From IMG/VR virus record IMGVR_UViG_3300033076_000737, positions 1-25,255 of that record: DNA of 25,255 nucleotides; one strand, given 5' to 3'. Positions 15,266 to 23,611 of this stretch are shown in pieces. Numbering within the stretch: the stretch's first letter is position 1; the number at the start of each line of letters is the position of its first letter. A program made the position numbers and the translations under genes. The stretch is from a virus (taxonomy: Duplodnaviria > Caudoviricetes). The notes beneath the pieces were generated by a model. That model had not been told where the DNA came from. It worked only from the letters and a program-made list of their open reading frames with translations, and did no database searches.

Positions 15266-16430
15266 TATTCGGCTGGTGCTTCCACGTCCTCACGATGCCC
15301 AGCAGGTGATACTACGGGAAGCCAAGCGATACAACGTGCTGGCCTGTGGGCGTAGGTTTGGCAAGACCACTCTTGGTGGGAATCTGCTATCAGATCCGGT
15401 ACTCAAAGATGGTTTACCGTGTGCATGGTTTGCACCTACCTACCGCCTGCTGGAGGAAGCGTACAACGACCATAAGCGCATCTACGCTCCGGTGATTCGG
15501 CGAGCTGTGCAGACACCTGCTCCACGCATTGAACTTATCACGGGTGCTGCAATCGATTACTGGACTTTGGATGACCCTTCAACCGTTGCCCGTGGTCGTA
15601 AGTACAAGCGGGTCATCATCGATGAGGCCGCCATGGCTAGGCATCTGGAGCAAGCATGGACAGAAGCAATCAGACCGACGCTCACCGATTACCGGGGGGA
15701 TGCTTTCTTTCTATCCACTCCCAAGGGTAGCAACTACTTCAAGAGCCTACACGCTATGGCTGGTGTTGATGAAGACTGGATGGCATGGCAGATGCCTACA
15801 ACCGCTAACCCTTGGATAGACCCTGAAGAAGTAGCCAAGGCTGGGGAGTCCTTGCCATCGATTGCTTTTCGGCAGGAATATCTAGCGGAGTTTGTTGATG
15901 CGGCTGGCGCACGTATCAAGCGGGAGTGGCTACGTTTTTGCGAGGCGCCTGAAGGCTTGCCTGTCTATCTTGGTGTTGACCTTGCCATCAGCACAAAGGC
16001 AGAGGCTGACTATACCGCCGTGGTTGCTCTGAGCCGTGCAGAGGATGGAACCTTGTACGTGCTGGATGTCAACCGTACCCGTGCAGACTTTGCCAGCGTC
16101 CTGCGCTTCATCGAGGCTATGGCTGAGAAGTGGAAACCCGCAATGATAGGCATCGAGCAGGTACAGTATCAGGCCGCTGTTGTACAAGAGCTCATGAGGC
16201 GTACAAAACTGCCGATACGGGGGATACGCCCAGACCGTGACAAGATAACCCGCTTTGCGCCTCTGGAAGCCCGATACGAGCAAGGACAGGTCGTACACGT
16301 TGAAGGCTTGCCATCTTACTGGCAGGATGAGTTATTATCATTCCCGGTTGGCAGGCATGATGACGTGGTTGATGCAATGGCTTATGCTTGGCAAGTCTGC
16401 GGGCAACGTAAAGGCTGGGGGGCGGTATAG
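15258..16430 (+). CDS. terL: Terminase large subunit (Terminase_6-type)
   Basis: Walker A GRRFGKT, Walker B IIDEAA, STPKG, nuclease GVDLA...DYTA and HDDVVDA. Confidence 0.95.
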   Translation: MPDIRLVLPRPHDAQQVILREAKRYNVLACGRRFGKTTLGGNLLSDPVLKDGLPCAWFAPTYRLLEEAYNDHKRIYAPVIRRAVQTPAPRIELITGAAIDYWTLDDPSTVARGRKYKRVIIDEAAMARHLEQAWTEAIRPTLTDYRGDAFFLSTPKGSNYFKSLHAMAGVDEDWMAWQMPTTANPWIDPEEVAKAGESLPSIAFRQEYLAEFVDAAGARIKREWLRFCEAPEGLPVYLGVDLAISTKAEADYTAVVALSRAEDGTLYVLDVNRTRADFASVLRFIEAMAEKWKPAMIGIEQVQYQAAVVQELMRRTKLPIRGIRPDRDKITRFAPLEARYEQGQVVHVEGLPSYWQDELLSFPVGRHDDVVDAMAYAWQVCGQRKGWGAV

Positions 16431-16436
16431 TCTGGT

Positions 16437-16796
16437 ATGCCTGACCTATACACCTATAAACTGCAACAGATAAGCCACATTGATGGAGACACCGTAAGGG
16501 CATCCATTGACCTAGGATTCAACGTCATCCTGACCGATATGCATATTCGCATCTATGGTGTGGACTGTCCAGAGAAGGCAACGATAGAAGGCAAAGCCGC
16601 TCTAGCCTTCACACGGGACTGGATTGATCAACACTGGCTGAGGGAAGAAAAGCCCGTGTACGTGACAATACAAAGCCATAAGCGTGATAAGTACGGACGC
16701 ATCCTTGGTACAGTCTTCAGCGATGGTTCTGTACTGGCTGATGAGTTGAAGACACACGGCCATGCTGTTGAGTACTTTGGCGGGAAGAAGTTATAA
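16437..16796 (+). CDS. Staphylococcal nuclease (SNase/thermonuclease)-like protein
   Basis: IDGDT, IRIYGVDCPE and DKYGRILG motifs. No signal peptide. TATAGT 5 nt before ATG suggests a leaderless start. Confidence 0.9.
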   Translation: MPDLYTYKLQQISHIDGDTVRASIDLGFNVILTDMHIRIYGVDCPEKATIEGKAALAFTRDWIDQHWLREEKPVYVTIQSHKRDKYGRILGTVFSDGSVLADELKTHGHAVEYFGGKKL

Positions 16797-16815
16797 AAAT
16801 ATATCTCTTATATCC

Positions 16816-16844
16816 TTGCAGTATATATACTTAGAGTGTATATT
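16816..16844 (+). promoter_or_regulatory. Moron promoter (host sigma-70 type)
   Basis: TTGCAG-N17-TATATT in an AT-rich patch. Confidence 0.6.
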
Positions 16845-16877
16845 ATTGACATCCAAGGGGATATGGGAGAGACGGAT

Positions 16878-17093
16878 ATGAAACGATACTTGGTTCAGTG
16901 GATGACAAATGATAAGTCTTACGGCTACTACTTCGATGATTTCGCAGACGCTTCGGACTACGCACAAATCACCGGTTGGAAATCTAAAATCAAAGATGTA
17001 ACGACAAACGAAATCATCCTAGCCTTTCAAACAAAAAACAATCAACGCTGGATGATGACATCGGATAAAAAGTGGCATAACTTCAACCGCTAA
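16878..17093 (+). CDS. Moron: AT-rich hypothetical protein (71 aa, MKRYLVQW...)
   Basis: Own promoter, GGGAGA RBS and terminator. Inserted between SNase and portal. Confidence 0.7.
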   Translation: MKRYLVQWMTNDKSYGYYFDDFADASDYAQITGWKSKIKDVTTNEIILAFQTKNNQRWMMTSDKKWHNFNR

Positions 17094-17099
17094 TCACAC

Positions 17100-17125
17100 A
17101 GCCCCCGCAAGGGGGCTTTTTCTTT
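17100..17125 (+). terminator. Intrinsic terminator
   Basis: AGCCCCC-GCAA-GGGGGCT followed by TTTTCTTT. Confidence 0.9.
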
Positions 17126-17149
17126 GAGCGAAGCAGGCCGTAGGCCTTC

Positions 17150-17160
17150 TGTGGGATACT
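17150..17160 (+). promoter_or_regulatory. Late promoter motif TGTGGGATACT, copy 1
   Basis: Exactly 6 nt before the portal ATG, with no SD. Confidence 0.8.
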
Positions 17161-17166
17161 AGGCAC

Positions 17167-18894
17167 ATGGGTATCTTTGACCGCTTCCTTGGTAATAAAG
17201 CCGTAGCAAACCCGACACAGGCTTTGCCGTTACCGCTTAGTCAGTCCCGTGACATCTACCTAACTGGGTATGGCTCTGGTCAGCTGCAAACGCTCTTGCG
17301 TCGTGCGCTTCCAGGTTCTTCAAAAGACTGGTCAAGGGTTGCAGGAGACTTAGGGCTAAACGGGATTGTGGCGGCTGCAATGGACTGGTATGTTCGGAAC
17401 TATCCACAGGCAACACCAAGGTACTACCGACCCGTTGACAGCCAGCAAGCGGAGCCTGTTGAAGACCATCCAGTAATCAAGCTGATGGCTCAACCTGATC
17501 CAATGATTATGGGTTCCCTGTTCTGGTCTTGGGTGATTCAGGACTACAAACTCTTTGGCAATACCTATCTCCGCAAGATACGCTCCACAACCCGTGGTGT
17601 GGTTACTGCGCTCCAGTTCCTTCCGCAAGACATGGTTAGACCAGTGGGCAACGGCACAAACCCGCTAACCCACTACGTGTACACCACTGATGGTCGGAGC
17701 TTTGATATCCCGGTATCCGACATCATCCACATCCGATACAACCGTGACCCGTCAGACATCCGCCTTGGACGCTCTCCTGTCATGGCTGTCCTGCGAGAGA
17801 TTGCCACCGACAACACTGCATCAAGCACTGCATACGGCTTGCTTGCGAATGGGGCTATGCCTAGCCTCATCGTTGGCCCTGATGCTAAAGACCAGACCGT
17901 AGACATCAGCATGGACGATGCCCGGCAGGTCAAGCGGCAACTGCACGAAGACCTAACCGGTGACGGTTCAGGCGGCATCGTTGTCATGACCGGAGCCTAC
18001 AAGATGGACAGGGTATCCTTGACACCGTCTGAGCTTGCTCTGGATTCCGTACGACGTGTACCAGAGGAGCGTATCTGTTCAGCCCTTGGTATCAACCCGA
18101 TGGTCTTGGGTCTTGGTGCTGGTCTTGAGCGTAGCACCTACAACAACTATGAGCGAGCCCAGCAAGCGGCGTGGGAAGATGGCATGGTTCCACTCCTCCG
18201 TGTCCTTGCCGATGCCATTACCGCTGACCTTCTGCCAGAATATCCAGAAACCAAAGAGGGTGACTATGTACAGTATGACCTTGAGCAGGTTAGGGCGTTG
18301 GCTGATGACCTAGCGGCTGAGGCAGACCGCGCAGAGAAACTGTACAAGGCTGGAATCATTGACCGTGCGGAAGCCAAGCGCATTGCTGGTCTTGAAGCCG
18401 TGCCAGAGGATGAAGGACAGTTACACCCGCAAGCAATCCCGGTACAGACTACCGATGCTCCTGTCCCTGCAATCCGGTCTTTCGAGATGAAGTACAGACC
18501 TAACGCTGGCATGAAGGAAGCCGCACAACGTGCCCTTGATTGGAAAGCTGAAGGGTTCGATGGTGGCACACGGGTAGGCTTGGCAAGGGCAAACCAGATC
18601 GTAAATGGTGAGCAACTATCTGAAGACACCATACTCCGGATGTATTCGTTCTTCTCTCGTCATGAAGTCGATAAGCAGGCTGAAGGCTTCAATGCTGGTG
18701 AAGATGGTTTTCCTAGTGCTGGGCGTGTAGCCTGGGACTTATGGGGCGGTGATGCTGGCTTTAGATGGGCAACATCCAAGCGCAATCAGATCATGGGTGA
18801 GGAAGGCAAGAGCCTTGATTGTTGCACTCCGGGGGTAGTGTACAAGTCTCACCCTTTTTACGGGTACGAGCTGGAAACAGTCTCAAGCGAGTAG
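17167..18894 (+). CDS. Portal protein (HK97 family) with extra C-terminal domain
   Basis: HP...L...P, LFGN.Y, DIIHIR, GRSP, ICSALGINP..LG...STYNN motifs. About 135 aa of extension after a linker. Confidence 0.92.
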   Translation: MGIFDRFLGNKAVANPTQALPLPLSQSRDIYLTGYGSGQLQTLLRRALPGSSKDWSRVAGDLGLNGIVAAAMDWYVRNYPQATPRYYRPVDSQQAEPVEDHPVIKLMAQPDPMIMGSLFWSWVIQDYKLFGNTYLRKIRSTTRGVVTALQFLPQDMVRPVGNGTNPLTHYVYTTDGRSFDIPVSDIIHIRYNRDPSDIRLGRSPVMAVLREIATDNTASSTAYGLLANGAMPSLIVGPDAKDQTVDISMDDARQVKRQLHEDLTGDGSGGIVVMTGAYKMDRVSLTPSELALDSVRRVPEERICSALGINPMVLGLGAGLERSTYNNYERAQQAAWEDGMVPLLRVLADAITADLLPEYPETKEGDYVQYDLEQVRALADDLAAEADRAEKLYKAGIIDRAEAKRIAGLEAVPEDEGQLHPQAIPVQTTDAPVPAIRSFEMKYRPNAGMKEAAQRALDWKAEGFDGGTRVGLARANQIVNGEQLSEDTILRMYSFFSRHEVDKQAEGFNAGEDGFPSAGRVAWDLWGGDAGFRWATSKRNQIMGEEGKSLDCCTPGVVYKSHPFYGYELETVSSE

Positions 18895-19934
18895 ATGATG
18901 GTACGGCTCGAATCTATGCCGCCTCTCAGAAGTTCCGTAACGACCTGCTAGAGCGTGAGGGCGTTGCTATCTCCAAGATGCAACGTGCCTACCGTGCCGC
19001 TACAAAAGCCAGCATCGATGAACTGGAAGCGTTAGAAGGACGCATCGCAGAGCGTGAGGCAAACGGTGAACCGCCAAGCCAAACCATCCTTTGGATGAAG
19101 CAACGCCTAGAACAGAACATTAGAGACCTTGGCGAGAACCTCAAGAAGTTTTCTGTGGAAGGAGCAACCATTACAGCAGATGGACAACTCCAATCGGCAA
19201 TCCTTGCGAATGAGGCAAGCATCAGCATGGTTGAAGCGGCGGCTGGTCGTAAACCGTCTAACGTCAGCCTCGGAAGTTCATGGACAACCTTGCCAGACGA
19301 GCAACTCCAAACCTTTGTCGGCATGGCGGGTGATGGAAGCCCTCTGGGTGTCCTATTTGAAACCATACCGCAGGTGACTACGGATGCCATGCAGATGGCT
19401 TTGGTACAAGGCATAAGCCTTGGAGAAGGGCCACGGACAGTAGCACGGCGTGTGAGACGTGCAGCTGATATCGGCAGGCAGAGAGCAGAGACCATAGCAC
19501 GTACAGAGATGATCCGATCAGCCAGAGAAGCACAACGGCAACTCTATACGCAGAACCCTGCGGTGCAAGGATACCGACGGCAAGCTACGCAAGACAGCCG
19601 GGTTTGTCTTGCCTGTCTGGCATTATCCGGTACGCTTTCGGCTACTGATGAAATCATGCCATCGCACCCTAACTGTAGATGCGTGATGGTTCCAGTTACG
19701 ATGTCGTGGGCGGAGATTACCGGTGATTCTTCTATCCCGGATACAAGACCTCCGGTAGCAACACCTGAGCGCATCCTTGCTGGTTTGTCGGATGCTGACA
19801 AGCTTGCCATCATGGGGCCTGCAAGATACCAGATGTACAAAGACGGCAAACCGCTTGCTGATTTCGTGCAGGTGGTACCTAATCAGGATTGGGGGCCTAA
19901 CACCCGTGTACGGCCTATACGTGAGCTTATATAG
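18819..19934 (+). CDS. Head morphogenesis / minor head protein (Mu gpF / SPP1 gp7 family), start uncertain
   Basis: RAETIARTE, DSRVCLAC and PSHPNCRC motifs. No good start near the portal stop (see frameshift finding). Confidence 0.85.
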   Translation: MLHSGGSVQVSPFLRVRAGNSLKRVDDGTARIYAASQKFRNDLLEREGVAISKMQRAYRAATKASIDELEALEGRIAEREANGEPPSQTILWMKQRLEQNIRDLGENLKKFSVEGATITADGQLQSAILANEASISMVEAAAGRKPSNVSLGSSWTTLPDEQLQTFVGMAGDGSPLGVLFETIPQVTTDAMQMALVQGISLGEGPRTVARRVRRAADIGRQRAETIARTEMIRSAREAQRQLYTQNPAVQGYRRQATQDSRVCLACLALSGTLSATDEIMPSHPNCRCVMVPVTMSWAEITGDSSIPDTRPPVATPERILAGLSDADKLAIMGPARYQMYKDGKPLADFVQVVPNQDWGPNTRVRPIRELI

Positions 19935-19938
19935 ACTG

Positions 19939-19949
19939 TGTGGGATACT
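19939..19949 (+). promoter_or_regulatory. Late promoter motif TGTGGGATACT, copy 2
   Basis: Exactly 6 nt before ATG 19956. Confidence 0.8.
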
Positions 19950-19955
19950 TACGCC

Positions 19956-20903
19956 ATGGACGTGCTGACATCATTCGTAGACGGCATCAAGAGCGACAGG
20001 CTTGGTTATGTCAAGGGATACCTTGTGCGCTTTGGAGATAGCAAAGCAACCGACCTTGAGGGTGACTATTTCACGAAGTCTACAGACTACGGATTCCCAA
20101 TGGAAGAGGGTAAGCGTGTCCCGCTGAACGTGTACTACCATCACGGTATGGATCAAGCCGTTGGCAAGAAGTCCATTGGTACTGGCTTCATCAAGATGAC
20201 CGACGAGGGGCTCTGGTACGAGGCACAACTGGACATGGCAGACGAGTACGGCAAGATGATCGCCAAACTTTGCAAGCAAGGCAAGATGGGCTTTTCTTCT
20301 GGTGCTGCCGCTCACATGGTTGAGCGTAAGAGCATGGGTGGTGCTTCTGAAATCATCCGCTGGCCTATCGCTGAGGCAAGCATCACACCGACACCTGCCG
20401 AATTTCGTAACAGTGTCAAGTCTTTGGAGGAATACTACGGCATGGGTGAGATGGAAGAAGAAGAGATGGTCATGGCTCCTATGCCTGAACAATCAGCGGC
20501 CGAGTATGCCGCTGAAATCTTCAAGGAAGCCGAAGGCGAACTTATCCACGAAGGGCTAGAAGCCTACTGGGATGCGCTCTCAGGAGCCATGGAAGTAATC
20601 GAAAGCCAAGACATGGCAGATGCCTTGATTGATGCTTTTGCAGAACGTGCTAAAGGCTTGTACGCCATGCACGGTGCTAAGTGTATTCAGCCCGCTTCAC
20701 TGCGGGGTGTAGAACGTCGGCTGCGGGATGCAGTCGGTTTGTCCCGGTCAGCCGCTAAACGGCTGGCTCCAGTAGTCTGGGATTCACTGCGGGATGCAGA
20801 CCAGCCAAGCGAGCAACCGGATCTCGTAGTCGAGGCGAAAGCCCATGATGATGACGAGCGGGCAGAACTGCTTGCACGTCTGGAGTTGCTAACACAACTA
20901 TGA
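19956..20903 (+). CDS. Prohead maturation protease (HK97-type) with acidic scaffold-like C-terminus
   Basis: VKGY..F...DLEGD, YHH, IG, GLW.EA, GFSSG, EASITPTPA. C-terminal R.VERRLRDAVGLSRSAAK. Directly before the MCP. Confidence 0.85.
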   Translation: MDVLTSFVDGIKSDRLGYVKGYLVRFGDSKATDLEGDYFTKSTDYGFPMEEGKRVPLNVYYHHGMDQAVGKKSIGTGFIKMTDEGLWYEAQLDMADEYGKMIAKLCKQGKMGFSSGAAAHMVERKSMGGASEIIRWPIAEASITPTPAEFRNSVKSLEEYYGMGEMEEEEMVMAPMPEQSAAEYAAEIFKEAEGELIHEGLEAYWDALSGAMEVIESQDMADALIDAFAERAKGLYAMHGAKCIQPASLRGVERRLRDAVGLSRSAAKRLAPVVWDSLRDADQPSEQPDLVVEAKAHDDDERAELLARLELLTQL

Positions 20904-22198
20904 ATATCGAAACATTGACAGCCAAGCGAGAAGGCATCCTTGCGACAGCTCGTGAGTTGGCATCCGGAAACGGTGACCTTGCACAGGTCAAGTCCCTTAT
21001 GGCAGAAGCCAAAGACATCGAAGAGCGCATCGAGACCATCAAGAGCCTCGGCGTTACCGCTCCTGTCGTTACCCCTGCGGTAGATGCAAAGCCATGGAAG
21101 GGCGGCATCAACGTCCAGCGCAACCCATTCCAGGGTGATGCTGATGAGCGTAACCTCAAGGCTTACACCTTTGGACAGTTTGCACGTCACTTGGCTGGTG
21201 TCAAGTCTGCTACAAAGTGGCTCCAGAACAACGGCCACCTGAAGTCACAGACCGAAGGTACGGACAGTGCTGGTGGTTACACGGTTCCTAACATCGTTTC
21301 ATCGGATCTCATCTGGCTCCGTGAAATGTATGGTGTTGCACGCCGCAACAGCCGCATCTACCCAATGTCTTCTGATACGCTTTTGGTTCCTTCCGCTACT
21401 GCATCGACCACGGTCTACTACGCATCGGAAGCAACAGCAATCACGGCATCTGACATCACCTTTGGTCAGGTATCCCTTGCAGCTAAGAAACTTGCAGTCC
21501 TCACGATTGCATCCAAGGAACTTGGCGAAGATACGGTTATTGACCTCGGTGCTGCTCTTGCCCGTGACATGGCTTACGCCATCGCTAAGGAAGAGGACAA
21601 CGCTTGTTTCAACGGTGATGGAACATCCACCTATGGAAGCATCACTGGCATCCTTCAGGCTGTCTACGGCTTGAACGCAACCAAGGCTAACATTGCTGGC
21701 GTTGTTGTTGGTGCTGCACTTTCCGGTGCTGCGTTCTCCAACTTCACATTGGCTAACTTCCAAGCAATGGTTGCAAAGCTTCCTACCTACGCAGACAATG
21801 CCAAGTGGTATATGCACAAGGATTTGTTCTTCAACGGTGTTGCTGATAAGCTCATCGCTCTCGGTGGAAACGCCATCCTCGACATCCAGAACGCCTACAC
21901 CCAAGCACCTACCCTGTTCGGTTACCCGATCGAGTGGGTTCAGAATATGCCTAAGGCTCCTGCTGCAACAACCCCTGTTGCAATCCTTGGCGACCTGACA
22001 AAGGGTGTTGCTTTCGGTGACCGTCGTGCAATGACCGTTGAGGTAAGCGATCAAGTCAAGTTTGTCGAAGATGCTCTTACCTACAAGGCAACCGAGCGTT
22101 TCGCATTCAACGCACACGACGTTGGAAACGTATCCGGCACGGCATCTTCCCGTGTACCGGGGTCGCTCATCGTTCTCGCAACCAGCAACGCTTCCTAA
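20900..22198 (+). CDS. Major capsid protein (HK97 fold) with N-terminal delta-like domain
   Basis: GGYTVP, F.QV.L.AKKL....SKEL.ED, NGDGT...GI, TLFGYP, GDL, ERF motifs. Confidence 0.95.
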   Translation: MNIETLTAKREGILATARELASGNGDLAQVKSLMAEAKDIEERIETIKSLGVTAPVVTPAVDAKPWKGGINVQRNPFQGDADERNLKAYTFGQFARHLAGVKSATKWLQNNGHLKSQTEGTDSAGGYTVPNIVSSDLIWLREMYGVARRNSRIYPMSSDTLLVPSATASTTVYYASEATAITASDITFGQVSLAAKKLAVLTIASKELGEDTVIDLGAALARDMAYAIAKEEDNACFNGDGTSTYGSITGILQAVYGLNATKANIAGVVVGAALSGAAFSNFTLANFQAMVAKLPTYADNAKWYMHKDLFFNGVADKLIALGGNAILDIQNAYTQAPTLFGYPIEWVQNMPKAPAATTPVAILGDLTKGVAFGDRRAMTVEVSDQVKFVEDALTYKATERFAFNAHDVGNVSGTASSRVPGSLIVLATSNAS

Positions 22199-22215
22199 GC
22201 GTAGCCCGTTCAATC

Positions 22216-22252
22216 AAGACCTCCAGCAGACGTGCTGGGGGTCTTTTGTTTT
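22216..22252 (+). terminator. Intrinsic terminator after the capsid gene
   Basis: AAGACCTCCAGCA-GACG-TGCTGGGGGTCTT followed by TTGTTTT. Confidence 0.85.
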
Positions 22253-22280
22253 GCCTGCGTGTATTTTTATAAAATAATCG

Positions 22281-22291
22281 TGTGGGATACT
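22281..22291 (+). promoter_or_regulatory. Late promoter motif TGTGGGATACT, copy 3
   Basis: Exactly 6 nt before ATG 22298, just after the capsid terminator. Confidence 0.8.
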
Positions 22292-22297
22292 ACCTGC

Positions 22298-22795
22298 ATG
22301 ATGACCAGAGCCGAGGCAATCGCACAAGTAAGCTTATTTGTGGCTGCTCAAAGTTACCCGCAGATGTCTACAACCGACATCGGCTCTATCTTGGATTCCT
22401 TTTCACGCTTCACCACATGGACAGCGGCGACAACTTACGCTGTCGGTGATCGTGTAGTGCCTACAACGCCTAACGGCAGAGTGTACGAATGCAGGGTTGC
22501 TGGCACGTCTGGTGCTTCTGAGCCTGAGTTTCCAGCCTATCCTCCATATCAATACAAAGGCTGGGAGATTGAAGACGGCTCATCCGATCCTACGCTTACA
22601 TGGGTAGACCAAGGGCCAATCAATGTCGAGCGTTACGATGTCAGGACAGCAACCCGTCAGGCATGGCTTATCAAAGCATCCAGAGTGGCGGCAGACATCG
22701 ATGCCAAAGAAGGGCAATCAGATGTCAAACTGTCTCAACTTATGCAGCACTGTCTAACCATGGCTGATAGATTCCGCCCGGTGGCTTTCGCATGA
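22298..22795 (+). CDS. Head-tail adaptor-like protein with inserted CBM5/12-like module
   Basis: Position after the MCP. Helical N/C parts (YDV..A..QAWLIKA) flank WTAATTYAVGDRVV..NGRVYEC..AGTS. Confidence 0.65.
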   Translation: MMTRAEAIAQVSLFVAAQSYPQMSTTDIGSILDSFSRFTTWTAATTYAVGDRVVPTTPNGRVYECRVAGTSGASEPEFPAYPPYQYKGWEIEDGSSDPTLTWVDQGPINVERYDVRTATRQAWLIKASRVAADIDAKEGQSDVKLSQLMQHCLTMADRFRPVAFA

Positions 22796-23157
22796 GTCCT
22801 ATCCTGCGCCAGACGATACAGGCAGGCATGGTGCGTAACCTTTGCCAAGACCGTGTTGAGATACATCGCTTCACCTTGACCGAGGATGGGCGTGGTGGTG
22901 TTACTCAGACATGGCGCAAGGTAGCAGAGTACAACGCCCGTGTAACCAACCAGTCAGATACAGAAAGCATTGTAGGCGGGGCTATAGCATCATCAGCGCA
23001 ATGGACACTTATCGTGGCCGTTGCAGCTGATGTGATGCCACAAGACCGGGTGTACTTAATTGGTGATGATTCCAGATACTGGGATGTCATCGGCACAGAC
23101 TTTGGACAAACGGAATTATTAGTACAACACTGTGGACTAGTGGAGCGGACATCATGA
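22792..23157 (+). CDS. Head-closure/stopper protein (SPP1 gp16-like)
   Basis: V.I.R.T.TEDGRGG..QTW...DVMPQDRV pattern and position. Confidence 0.75.
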   Translation: MSPILRQTIQAGMVRNLCQDRVEIHRFTLTEDGRGGVTQTWRKVAEYNARVTNQSDTESIVGGAIASSAQWTLIVAVAADVMPQDRVYLIGDDSRYWDVIGTDFGQTELLVQHCGLVERTS

Positions 23158-23363
23158 GCGAGTGGGTACAAGTAGGCGTGGCAATCGCTGTGCCAGTGAT
23201 TGCGGCAATTGCAGGCCTCTACAAGATGCTCTGGGATATCAAGTCAGATATACGCATCTTGGTACATGATGCCAAGCAGACAGAGCGTGACCTACTCGGA
23301 ATCAAGCGACAACTAGACAGCATCAATCAAAGAGTAACAGCACTGGAGGCACGTAGAGCATGA
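23154..23363 (+). CDS. One-TM + coiled-coil protein (holin/XhlA-like)
   Basis: N-terminal hydrophobic helix, C-terminal RVTALE heptad. Confidence 0.5.
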   Translation: MSEWVQVGVAIAVPVIAAIAGLYKMLWDIKSDIRILVHDAKQTERDLLGIKRQLDSINQRVTALEARRA

Positions 23364-23611
23364 ACGGGATAAGTTTTGGTCGGTTGGCGGTTGTTGTCTT
23401 GATCGCCTTTGTGGCTTCCTTTGCAACAGTTTTCGGCGATGGCGTTCGCACGGCTGAAGCCAAGGATGTTGCCGAGCTTGGCGCAGTGATGGCACTGTAC
23501 GGTTCTAAGGCTGTTGCGGCTGGTGTCTCTGCTGCGATGAGTGCTGCGCTGGGATTCTTGACGATGCCCTTCAAGGGTGTGCAGGCAAACAGTCTGAAGG
23601 TGGGCAAATGA
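23360..23611 (+). CDS. Small two-TM membrane protein (holin-like)
   Basis: Two hydrophobic segments and a basic C-terminus. ATGA coupling. Confidence 0.5.
   Translation: MNGISFGRLAVVVLIAFVASFATVFGDGVRTAEAKDVAELGAVMALYGSKAVAAGVSAAMSAALGFLTMPFKGVQANSLKVGK

Noticed and set aside
21299-22213. 304-aa antisense ORF and other minus-strand ORFs across 8-25 kb
   Set aside because: Shadow frames of codon-biased genes such as the capsid, with no RBS or motifs.
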